From Rhizodiscina lignyota (lineage: Eukaryota), in contig ML978123.1 of NCBI GenBank assembly GCA_010015805.1, positions 310,001 through 374,000 on the forward strand: a stretch of DNA of 64,000 bases, in the 5' to 3' direction. The first letter of the stretch is position 1; the number at the start of each line of letters is the position of its first letter. The notes under the pieces were generated by a model, which was not told where the DNA came from, ran no database searches, and saw nothing but the letters and a program-made list of their open reading frames with translations. Shown here in pieces: positions 34,001 through 44,332 of the stretch. The position numbers and the translations under genes were made by a program.

Positions 34001-36049
34001 CTAATCCTTAGAGTCGTCATCATTCTCTTCCGGCTGTTGATGGTCCACCATCATCATGTGATCCTCCTGTTCGTCATCAATCTCAATCACCGTCTGATAC
34101 TCAGCCATCATCTCATCGTACTTCCTTTTCTTCGCGCTTCGAATGTATCGCATCATATGCTCTGGGATGCGAGTCAAGTGGGATACCCGCTCATAATATG
34201 CAATCTGCTCCACTGTCAGGTTCGGTGGCGGGTCATGTTCCGGCCAAACATATGGTATCGGAGGACCTGGGGGACCGACACCAGGTCCTTTAGATCCTGG
34301 TTGTCCTGGTATTCTCGGACGGTTTGCTTGAAGGAACCAATCCATCGATTCTTCAGCGGACATGAAATTGGGGGATTGGTCAGCGGACGGGACGAGTGTC
34401 CCCTCAGACTCGTCAGGATGTTTGTCTAGTTCGGCTTGAAGCATGGCGGTGAGTTTGGCATCGCTGACGTTAGAGAAATCGGCGCGCCCTTGCGGAAGAG
34501 GCCGAGCGAGATATTCTGCAAGCGTTCGTGGCACAGTGCCCGCCGACAGAGAACCGTGGGCATAGTTTGCCGCAGGCTCCCAACCATCCCAGAGCCATGC
34601 TGGTCGCTCTACACGAGCACTATGATTCGCCCGGATGTGCGCCGCCTGCTCCTGTGCATGGGTATGCCTGGCTGAGAAGTCGGTGTCTAATTTCAGCATT
34701 TTCAGCGGTGGCCAAAGATCACCTAAAATCGATCTTTGCGTTCTTGAATGGTACATGTCGTCTGGATTGATCGTTCCTGGAGCCGGTCGAAGCGGCGGCG
34801 CAGCCGTCCGCATTGGTTTGCTCTGCAAATCCGGCAACGAAGGATAGGATGTATAATCATCGATGCTCGGGGACCTTGAATTACGTCGTTCGTTCTCATT
34901 TCTGTGCTTTCGTGGTGACATACCATGTTCTTCCAGTTCCCTGTCATACTCCGCGATAATGGGCGCCATGTTCTCTGGAGTTACTGGCAGGTTCCTCCTT
35001 TGACATCGTTTTTCCAGCGCTGAACGTTTGCGCTGTCGCAACGTGAAGTCGTGAATATATACGCCGGCTACTTTGAGCTTTTCTCGGAGCTCGGCTTGCT
35101 TGTAGTAGAGCAGACAATACAGGAGGTTCTCACCATGGATTTCTCCAGGGTAGTTGGCGATGAGATCGTCTACGTCAAGATGTCTGGGATAGCTCTCACG
35201 CCTCGGGACGGGATCTACAGGAGAAGGTGTAGACCTAGATGATAATGATTTTGGGCTCTTCTCCGGTGAGGAAGCCTCGTCGTCGTAGTTGGAACTCTGG
35301 TCAAGAGTAAACGTTTGATTGCGAGTATTGAGGCGAGGAAGGTGATTGAATCTAGGTGCAGCACAGCCCTGAGCATTCAACATTGGATCGTTGTACATTG
35401 GTTGAGGTGCCAGACCTTCCCAATGATTCAGAATTCCATCTCTTGAATCAGGTTGGCTAGTATTGAAAAGCCACACAACAAAGTGTGGCCTGGACAAGTC
35501 GACTTGATTAGCCAATACTCGATCGTGGACGTACGCACGGTAGACTTTGTGACCATCAGGTGTTGATTCCTCCCAGGTGATAACCCCTAATGAAAATGCA
35601 GCAATGATTGATCGTTCCACCAGTTCAAGTAAGAGTATTAACGCCTGAACGCCCAAGCTAATTTCCTGGGTCAAGGCTGTATACTGTTCAGTAGCAACGA
35701 CGAAATCGATCTCTCCGTCAGCATTTGCTGAAGAGCTGAGGGAAAGTTGATAAGCATTGTTTTTGTACTCTTGACTGCGGTATAGATTCAGGAGATCCAT
35801 AAAGTTGGGAGCAATCCTACCGATGCTTGTGCATATGGGCTTCAGAGCAATTTCTAGCGCGTACAATCCACATAGTAAACCGTCCGATGGCGTGTATTGC
35901 GCGTGGTAATTGGCATTGATATAAGCAATCAAAGACCCGACATCGTTCACACGACCGCGTACCAGGATGGAACCCAACCTGGTAGGGCGGTCGATGATGT
36001 TCCGGTGCTCGACTGTGGTATAAAGAGTCGAGTTGTCGTATGTTGACAT
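34001..36049 (-). CDS. Hypothetical protein with a possible N-terminal OTU/papain-like cysteine protease fold and a disordered C-terminus
   Basis: 682-codon uninterrupted ORF with TPSDGLLCGLYAL and VWLFN...NHWEGL, followed by Pro/Ser/Arg-rich sequence. Confidence 0.6.
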   Translation of the reverse strand: MSTYDNSTLYTTVEHRNIIDRPTRLGSILVRGRVNDVGSLIAYINANYHAQYTPSDGLLCGLYALEIALKPICTSIGRIAPNFMDLLNLYRSQEYKNNAYQLSLSSSANADGEIDFVVATEQYTALTQEISLGVQALILLLELVERSIIAAFSLGVITWEESTPDGHKVYRAYVHDRVLANQVDLSRPHFVVWLFNTSQPDSRDGILNHWEGLAPQPMYNDPMLNAQGCAAPRFNHLPRLNTRNQTFTLDQSSNYDDEASSPEKSPKSLSSRSTPSPVDPVPRRESYPRHLDVDDLIANYPGEIHGENLLYCLLYYKQAELREKLKVAGVYIHDFTLRQRKRSALEKRCQRRNLPVTPENMAPIIAEYDRELEEHGMSPRKHRNENERRNSRSPSIDDYTSYPSLPDLQSKPMRTAAPPLRPAPGTINPDDMYHSRTQRSILGDLWPPLKMLKLDTDFSARHTHAQEQAAHIRANHSARVERPAWLWDGWEPAANYAHGSLSAGTVPRTLAEYLARPLPQGRADFSNVSDAKLTAMLQAELDKHPDESEGTLVPSADQSPNFMSAEESMDWFLQANRPRIPGQPGSKGPGVGPPGPPIPYVWPEHDPPPNLTVEQIAYYERVSHLTRIPEHMMRYIRSAKKRKYDEMMAEYQTVIEIDDEQEDHMMMVDHQQPEENDDDSKD

Positions 36050-36540
36050 CAAAATTAAGCTGTTTGTGTTTAGATTATGAGGGTTCAGACAACATCTGCG
36101 TTAGATGTGATAAGGTGAAGCGTGAATATTGGAAAAAACAAGACAGGAGGAGAGATGCGCGGCAAATGCAATCTATTCTGGCCAGACATGCTGTCCATGT
36201 GGTGAGTACATAAAGACATCCTTTGAGAAATCGATTTTTGTCGATTGCGAAAGCAACGCCTCCCAACAAAGCCATTAATCCGCCGCCTTTCTTTCAGTCA
36301 ATTGGATAACAATAGCATTGAGGCAGGAACGACAAAGCGGCCAACAAAGGCTGCTGGTCGAGCAGCTCCGTCTTTTGTTCTTTGTGTCTGTTTGAGATCA
36401 ATGCTCGGATGGCCTCGATATTGTCCAAATCAGTTGACCCCAGAGGAAGAGCGATTGGCACTTAGTGATTGCCTCTAGAGCAGTTACATAGCTAGCTTGC
36501 TAGTCGAGGATTGTATTCGTAGACGACGTCAGTGGCCAGA

Positions 36541-37716
36541 TTAAGCTCCAAAGACAAATCGTTTCCAGTTTTGCCCCAGGCGAGCAACGCCGTCTTCGAG
36601 ATCCCAACCTTTAAGGTTGCAGACTAGACGCACTATTTCCTCTAGATGCTGGTCCATTCGAAGTCCGGCAGTATGAAGATCGCTTTCGATGAGTATCTTG
36701 TCGTCTGGTACTGCCAGTATGGCCGCCGCACCCTTGTCTGAAGAACCGGATGAAAAGTTGATCGCAGTGGAAAAAGAGAAGAATATGTCCACCGGAATTG
36801 AAGGATCAACATATTGCTTGATGGTGTCTGCAGGTCCGGAGTAGGAATGCATACACATTCGAGGGGGATACGGCTTAGGCTGCGCTCCGTCCGCTTCTTC
36901 AGACTCTGTATCTTCATCCAGATCAAAACCGTCTCGTAGTCGTTTACGTTGTCGTTTACTCAAGACTTTCAGCTCATGGCCCTTCCACGTCTCTCGGAGT
37001 GCTTCGAAGATGACACCATGAGCCGCGACCCCGTGGACTGACACTGCACGATTCAATTCACCAGCGAGTCTCAGTTGAGCTAGCAAGATTTTCTTCTGGT
37101 GATCCATGTGCACGCGGTACGGCGACAGTCGCCGACCTTCACGTCCTCCAGGGGTTAAAGAGTCGTCTCGCTGTTCGTGATGCTCCGGTAGCCATGCCTC
37201 CGGAATGCGAAAGGCCCTGTCCAGCCCAACCTCACCGACAAGGGCGAAAGGAAACCTAAGCAGATGTTCCTTTGTCTCATTTAAAAAAGCGCTTAAGGGT
37301 CGCGGGTCTGGAAGAGACCGAAGAAATTCGCGGTCCTCCGACTTCGGCGTTAGAACAGCCCGGTAGTGGAGCACCTTAGCCTCTTCATCGAATGCGCCTG
37401 CGTCTCCAGACGCACTATCGTCGAAGATTTGGTGCGAAAACCACGGATGCCATCCAAATGATGGCACAAGCTTCTCTTTGTTCTCGTCTCTTTGCTCATT
37501 TTGAGCGAGTCCACTAGCGGTAACACCTAGCCTCTCAGCAACATCAATGACAAGCTGTTGGTCTTGTGCACGTGTTGCCATAACCGTGAGCGTTCGTGCT
37601 TTCATCTTCGGTATTTCTTCGATCGATGCCATTGTATCTGTCGGATGGCAATGGGCGTCGTAGACGCCGAGGTGCCATGGGAACGCTCCATTTGCATCCT
37701 GATCGACTTGCGCCAT
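36541..37716 (-). CDS. scn1: TatD-family metallohydrolase (Cut9-interacting protein Scn1-like)
   Basis: FPWHLGVYDAHCHPTD, PSFGWHPWF, VGEVGLDRAF, SVHGVAAHG, CMHSYSG and ILIESDLH. Confidence 0.88.
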   Translation of the reverse strand: MAQVDQDANGAFPWHLGVYDAHCHPTDTMASIEEIPKMKARTLTVMATRAQDQQLVIDVAERLGVTASGLAQNEQRDENKEKLVPSFGWHPWFSHQIFDDSASGDAGAFDEEAKVLHYRAVLTPKSEDREFLRSLPDPRPLSAFLNETKEHLLRFPFALVGEVGLDRAFRIPEAWLPEHHEQRDDSLTPGGREGRRLSPYRVHMDHQKKILLAQLRLAGELNRAVSVHGVAAHGVIFEALRETWKGHELKVLSKRQRKRLRDGFDLDEDTESEEADGAQPKPYPPRMCMHSYSGPADTIKQYVDPSIPVDIFFSFSTAINFSSGSSDKGAAAILAVPDDKILIESDLHTAGLRMDQHLEEIVRLVCNLKGWDLEDGVARLGQNWKRFVFGA

Positions 37717-38028
37717 TGTGTAAAGATCGACATTTCTCACAACAGAGTCGGGAGGAGGCTGAAGGTGAAAAGATTAATATTTCACGATGCATCTTGTATG
37801 AACTTGAAATGCAGGATCCAGATTACATAAGGCAGGCAGGGTGCTTGGTACCCTAACCCTAACACGTCCATGTGATGTTGCATGTGATTGTTGGGACCGA
37901 GTATGTTAAGCTTTGCCTCTCCCCACAGCCGTCTCCGCGCTTGTGTAACTTGCTCTCAAGAGCTGTTCTTCTGAAACATTGATTATCATGTCATATCTTT
38001 CGCCGTCTTGTCCTCTCAAACGGGCGAG

Positions 38029-38784
38029 ATGTTCAATCCGATCTATCTCCTCGGCCCTCTGGTAATCCTCATCGTATCTATACCTCTTGCCCTCTTCGCA
38101 GTTATTACCACCAGTCTCGCAGTTACTGCGCTGACGGTACGCGTCTCCATCGTATACATCGAGCTTGGCATAGCAGTCGCTCAGAGCTGGCTCTTCTCCA
38201 AGTCCCATAAGAACTCTCCGCAGACGAAGCCTGTTATGCTCCGAAATCCTGCGAGCCCTCAACGACATCGACGGCAGAGACATAGTGCAGCCAGCAGCAC
38301 TGCATCCTCGCAAGACCTCACGATTCCACAAAAAGCGCCCGCAAAGAGCGACAGTTGGGCATCGCTGGTAGGCACAAGCGTGGAGAACAGGGACTACGAA
38401 GGCGTGGGGGGATGGCGTCTCACTGGAGATGGAGAAGATGACGAGCTGTGGATTGGAATGAACTCAAGGCTAGAACTACCTGCAGCGGTCGGTGAGAGGC
38501 AATTCAGACATCGCCGTAGTCTCACGGGCACCAGCCAGCGCTTCAACTGGTCGCCAGAGATGCGTATGAGTCCTGTTCAAAGTCGCGCAAGGACTCCTAG
38601 CGTGACCGCAGATCAAGGCCCAGAGTACTTTGACTTTCCACCGCAAGGCCGAAAGACTGAAGGCTCATCTACAATGAAGCCGAGGGAGGGACCTCGAAGA
38701 AAAAGCTTGAGTGGGTCAAGCACTTCCTCGGCGAGTTCAGGGAGAGCGTCGCGGACGACCATCAAGCAGACAAGTTTCGGGTGA
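38029..38784 (+). CDS. Conserved fungal hypothetical protein with N-terminal TM segments
   Basis: Hydrophobic VSIPLALFAVITTSLAVTALTVRVSIVYIELG, conserved-looking RDYEGVGGWR...DDELWIGMNSRLELP, and a Ser-rich tail. Confidence 0.75.
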   Translation: MFNPIYLLGPLVILIVSIPLALFAVITTSLAVTALTVRVSIVYIELGIAVAQSWLFSKSHKNSPQTKPVMLRNPASPQRHRRQRHSAASSTASSQDLTIPQKAPAKSDSWASLVGTSVENRDYEGVGGWRLTGDGEDDELWIGMNSRLELPAAVGERQFRHRRSLTGTSQRFNWSPEMRMSPVQSRARTPSVTADQGPEYFDFPPQGRKTEGSSTMKPREGPRRKSLSGSSTSSASSGRASRTTIKQTSFG

Positions 38785-39578
38785 AAGACAAAAGGCTGAG
38801 GGTAAGGGTTATAATTATAATGAGAAGCAGGCGAAGCGAACTTACCAATAGAACTTCTCGTAAAGAGACACCGAAATAAATCCATGTCAGCTGAGTCTAG
38901 AGTTTCGCAGAGCTCGAGCGAGGCTTGTATGCCATTGGGCTGCTCGATAGCAACAAGTGAACACTGAGCAGGGGTTCTCTTAACCTGAAGCCTACAGTAA
39001 CATCAGCGACTTGCGTCTGATAAACGTATTTGGCGTTCTTGAATAGTCCGCCTCGTGCTTGTCCCTCAAGCTAGCTGCGACGTGCAGCCTCTCAATCCAA
39101 GCGGCACACTTCCTACCCTATCTGCAGTTACACGTGCATTCCACTTACGATTTTGCATGTGTTCACCGTCAATTCCACCTTAAAACTCTCCGATATTGCG
39201 AGGAAGCGGCACCTTTCCTCGGCACGTCCCAAAGAGGAATGGTTCGGCGATGGTCTGATGCTTCCGACCACTCGGCTGCTGACGATTTTCACTTCCTGCG
39301 CACTCCACACCTTGGAGTTTGCCAAATGGTTTGCAGCTATAGTAGCATACAAGTTGCGCTGTCGTCATGGCTTGCGCACCTTCCCATTCTAGCGCTGCAA
39401 TGCTCGAGGTCGTCATGGTGTGGACCTCATTCCTCCGATACATACACTAGGTAGGCACGAACGCACCATGCTGGCTGCATCGCGACTTAAAGGCAGACAT
39501 GTGCCGCTGGCGAACTCTGTAGGCGGGATGGCTCTCGTAATTTTGCTCTCTTAACTGGTCGCTCCCCCCAGCTTCACA

Positions 39579-41313
39579 ATGTTTTCTCGTTTCCTTTCCT
39601 TCTGCATTGCACTCTCAGTGATCCAACTGAGCAATGCATGGCCTCGAGAGCGAGATGGTCCCCCAACAGTCGAAATAGCGGGAGGGACAGTGGTCGGAAC
39701 GACGACTAATGTAACAGGCGCGGCAGTCAAAGTCAACAAATACCTCGGGGTCCCGTATGCGGCCTCACCGCCTGAACGGTTCTCTCCACCTCAGCCAGTT
39801 CCCAAAGGTGGGAAGCATACTCAGATCAATGCTACAGAGCTTCCGCCGTCATGTATACAGCAGTTCGTCTGTAAGTTAATCCAGTGTCTCTTGGACCTGG
39901 CTGATCATATGCTTTACGATAGATCCTGAGGCTGCACGCGAACTTTCAATTAAGGTGTGGGGGAGCCCGCCGCCGCCCTCTGAATCAGAAGATTGCTTGT
40001 ATCTAAACATATTCCAACCGGCCTCTCTACCGCCGTATGGAGGCAGGCCAGTTTTGTTCTGGATCTACGGTGGAAACTTCCAATTCGGATATAGCGGTCG
40101 GCCGACTTATGACGGCTCTGCGTTCGCGGCGTTTCAGGATGTCATTGTTGTAACGATTAATTACCGCGGCAATGGTACGGTAGAGAAATTCATCATACGT
40201 GACGAGAACTGACCAGTAATGTAGTATTTGGATTCCCGAATAGCCCACAGTTGGCGAATAACGCACAAAATCTGGGCTTTTTGGACCAACGCATGGCCCT
40301 CTCATGGGTGCAAGAGAATATTGCGCGCTTCGGAGGTACGGCGAGATTCAATCAGTTTCCACATTCGATCAACTAATATTCGTGAAGGCGATCCGAAGAA
40401 AGTTACCATCTTTGGAGAATCAGCTGGTGGCTACAGTGTTAAGCAGCTCGTCATGTTGCCGCCGAAGCAAATCCCCTTCCGTGCTGCTACAATGGAATCA
40501 GAAGCAGCGATGTTCTCCAACGGTGCCCAAAACTGGGAGGCCCTTATGACCAAGCTTAACTGCACTGGTTCAGACCCTCTGTCTTGTGCTCGTGCTGTTA
40601 ATGCTAGCACTATCAAATCTATCATCGAACATGGTGCCCTTTCTTTTGGGCCTGTCATCGACAATATCACGCGAGGCGCTGATTTTGCGACGGCTATGAA
40701 GAGCGGTACGGCGGCGAAAATCCCGATTCTCATTGGCACGAATGCGAATGAAGGATCAGCTTTTGCACTGCAAGATGGCGGTAATCTGACTAAATTCTTC
40801 GACTCGGCTTTTGGGGGTCAAAACGCATTTACCGATGCTCTCACCGCGGCATATCCACGCTCTGAATACCCGACAGACACCGATATCTTAGCGCAGATCA
40901 TTACAGAGCTTACCTTTCAGTGTGCTGCTGCAACCATTGCTAATCTCACCGCTGCCCAGGGTCTGCCAGTGTATCGATACTTTTATAATGGGTCGTTCCC
41001 GAATCTTCAACCTTTTCCAGGCGCAGGAGTATATCACAGTAGCGAGATTCCGGAAGTGTTTGGGACATATAATGAGTATAATGCAACGAGACAGCAGGCA
41101 CTTGTGAGCGCATATATGAACACAGCATGGGCAAATTTTGCAAAAGATCCGTTTGCCCGACCACAATGGAACTGGGCGAAAGTCGGTTCTGGCATTAAGG
41201 ATGTTCTGACGCTGCAAACTGACGGACATGGAGGAGGGCCGATACTCCCAGCAAGTGAGTTAGACTTCAGATGTCCACTTTATACGGCTCTGTATACTGT
41301 AACGGGACTGTAA
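39579..41313 (+). CDS. Secreted type-B carboxylesterase
   Basis: Signal peptide, YLGVPYAASPPERF, SEDCLYLNIF, WIYGGNF, catalytic GESAG, GTNANEG and GVYHSSEI. Three introns. Confidence 0.92.
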
Positions 41314-41395
41314 CTACGACATATGTACCATACAGTGCAACTGTTAATAGATATTCCTCAGCTTGAGCATGCCTGTTAATTACCCTTACTAGTCA

Positions 41396-42550
41396 CTAGT
41401 GTATCTTCAGGTTTGGGTATGGCCTTTCAGCTCTACCCGGTAGCAGTTCATTGACCAGGAATTCCCGAAAAGTTGTTGGCTTGAAGCCCGGATACAGCTC
41501 CCTCGCATCCAAGTAGCCCAGATACTTCGCATTCTCCAGGGTATTGTCCCTGCGGAAAAACTTCGAGTTTGCGTACTCGGAGCCGTGCAGCATTATGCTT
41601 GTTAGCCGCATCCCCTCCGAACTGGTGTCTTCCTCGAACGCCTTCCTCGCTGCTGCTAGCTGTGGTTTGAACTCTTCTTCAGATACCTGGGCACTGAATT
41701 AGCCTAGTTCAAGCATAGTCATCAAAGATCTGGAAGAACGAACATGCTGCCTCTCAATCTTTTCTCCAGAGACATCCTCCATCATATCGAAAATTTGATT
41801 TTGGCTCAGCTCATCGCTCCACGTAACAACTCTCTTATTCAAAGTCCTTGGGTCTTTGACAATCTCTGCAACAAATTTCCCAATATCCGGCAAATGCGTC
41901 AACAAGTTCGGCGCATTCCCATCCCCAAAAAGATTTGCATTCGGCGCAAGCATCACATAGTCACTCTTCCCTGATGGCAGTGCCAGAACGCTCAAGATGT
42001 GCCAGAACCCGACGTCGATGATCGTGTACGGTAGATGATTCCGGAATATGCGATTGTTAATTTCTTCCTTTTGGTCGCGTAGGAGCATGATACCACCCGG
42101 CGGAACAATGGTCATGAAGCCGCATGGCACAAAACGTTTCACGCCCGCCGCAGCGGCAGCGTCGACGAGGTTGGCCTGGGCGAGTTGGGAGGCTGCATCG
42201 ATGGCGCTGATGACGACGTCAAAGCCTTTGACGAGGGATGTGAGTGTAGCCACATCAGCAGTCGAGTCACCGACAATGATTGGGACATTGCGAGATGCAA
42301 TGGCTTTTGTTGCAGGTTTCTCCAAGGAAGCCTCACGGATCAAGACCGAGACGTTCTGCCAAAGTTGTCAGGACGGCACATTGCAATGCTGCATTCAATC
42401 TCATTGCAGGTATATTGATAGAGAGGGTGGGCTTGAGGATAGAGAGGGTTGAGGAATACGTACGAGACTCTTATCTGCCAAAAGCCCGTTGAGAATAGAA
42501 CCTCCAGTTTCACCTGTGGCTCCAAGGAGAAGGACTTTCTGACGAGACAT
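41396..42550 (-). CDS. NmrA-like / isoflavone reductase-like NAD(P)-binding protein
   Basis: Exon 1 (absent from the ORF track) is MSRQKVLLLGATGETGGSILNGLL. Then QANLVDAAAAAGVKRFVPC, PYTIIDVGFW, DIGKFVAEIVKDPRTLNKRV and YLGYLDARELYP. Two introns. Confidence 0.88.
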
Positions 42551-43437
42551 TGTGCTGGGAGGATGAAGCAATTTGACTTTAATATGAAATGCTTTGAATA
42601 TGGCTTAAATTCTAAATTGAGGTCGCTGGAGATAACTCGAAAAGTTGCCCCTTCGCCGCGATCCACGGCGTGGATCTGTTAAATAGTACTTTCATTTCCC
42701 CTCACTAATACATCGAGATCAGAAACTCAGCTTGAAGCTTCTACCACCGGATCAATTGAGATTGACTCGGACAGACCTGACTCACCTGAAACCTGAAAAG
42801 AGGACGAAATATGCTCCGTCGGTGAGGATGTTTTGCTATGCTCTCAATGCCTTCATAAAACGACGCCTCTCAGGAGCCTCAAAGGAAAGCCACTTTAAGC
42901 GACGTTCGGCGCTTCCGACAACTAAGTCTAAGCTATCGATAACAATATCGGCATTTGAGCACCAATGAGAGCAACTGAAGAGGTGAATGGCGTAATTGGC
43001 ATGCTTTTGAAGTGGATGGAGAAGCTTGTCCGATTCGGGGACGAGTTCGGCCGGAGCATTGATCCCTTTTCCTTCACAGCTGCTAGAGGCGTACCTCGCT
43101 AGTTGCACACATTTCCAGCCACGGGATTTAACGGCAAACCGAGATTTTGCTACCTTTGTGATGAAAATAGTATGTGCCTTGATGCTGCAACCCAAGTTTT
43201 GCTCCCTTCCGCCCCTACTGTACAACTTCGGACTACCAGAGCATTTGCCCCATCACCACAGCCTCAAACAGGACCAAAATAACCATCATCTTCCCAATCC
43301 CCGTTCCTAATCGTCTTCCCTTCCTATTTTCATTTTTCCTTGCCCGCATCGGCGCCAATGTAGTACTGTAAATCACGCCTGCTCCCACCGGATAGTACGC
43401 ATACGGCCTCCTGGCCATGACGCCCACTTGAAACTGT

Positions 43438-43728
43438 CTAGTCCGGACACAGCTCCAATATCCGTCCAACTACAGTAGTGAGAGGACCGTGAAATGTGTT
43501 CGGTGGGGTTAGATGTTCAAGCGGAGGCCACACAATGATGGTAGGAATTGTTTCGATGGGTCTGTTAGGTCCATCAGGGAATGATGCCGAGAACTGTGGC
43601 AGCTGGTCTTTCAGCTGAGGTGATGGAGGAGCTGGAGCCGGAATTGGAGTTGGAGTTGAAACTAGAGTCGGCGAAGGAGCGGGCGCAAGTAGTGTTACTT
43701 GAGGTTCGGCAGGGTCCCAGGTAAACAT
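43438..43728 (-). CDS. Small Pro-rich orphan ORF (uncertain)
   Basis: 96 codons with an ATG start and a TATA-like TATATTTAA about 40 nt upstream. No recognisable domain. Confidence 0.25.
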   Translation of the reverse strand: MFTWDPAEPQVTLLAPAPSPTLVSTPTPIPAPAPPSPQLKDQLPQFSASFPDGPNRPIETIPTIIVWPPLEHLTPPNTFHGPLTTVVGRILELCPD

Positions 43729-44332
43729 TGTAGAGTCTGAAGGCCACGCTCAGAAACAGGGTCTCTCCTTAAATATACGATGAAATACAGCACAGCAGTT
43801 TCTTGTCCCACTCAACGAGGTGTTCTATACCTTTAGTATCATGAAACAGCTTGATGAAGCACCAAAAATACGAAGTGAGGCGTGTCACTTCGTGTACGAA
43901 ATTAACGTCATGAACCCGCCCTTTGCCACCGGAACCTGCCATAGCGTATCAGTAGATATTAAAACTAATACTTGGATTAGCGGTGTTGTTCCAGTTTCAA
44001 AGGCCTCTACTCTCCGTAACGAAAAGTGGCCTGGGAATGGTATGCAAGAGATCAGTGAAGGAAATCAAAGTAAAGCTACTCATCCAAATGGCTTCATTCT
44101 AAACTCCATAAGTACAAAATCATCAACGACAACAAATGAAAAATTCTTAAGCAATGCAAACTTCAAGTTTCATTTCTCTAGGCGGGAAGTAACTCTTATG
44201 GCCAAGAGTGGAGAGGAATGCCCCGTTCGCTTCATCATCATTCCTCGTGCGCTCGTCAAAGCATTACTCATCGTCGCAGCTATCGAGTAAAGCAGGGTCG
44301 CAAAACGGTCTATAACTTTTGCCGGAATCCCT

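Noticed and set aside
37851..37862. CCCTAACCCTAA telomere-like repeat
   Set aside because: Only two units, inside a divergent promoter. At most a telobox-type binding site, not a telomere or fusion scar.
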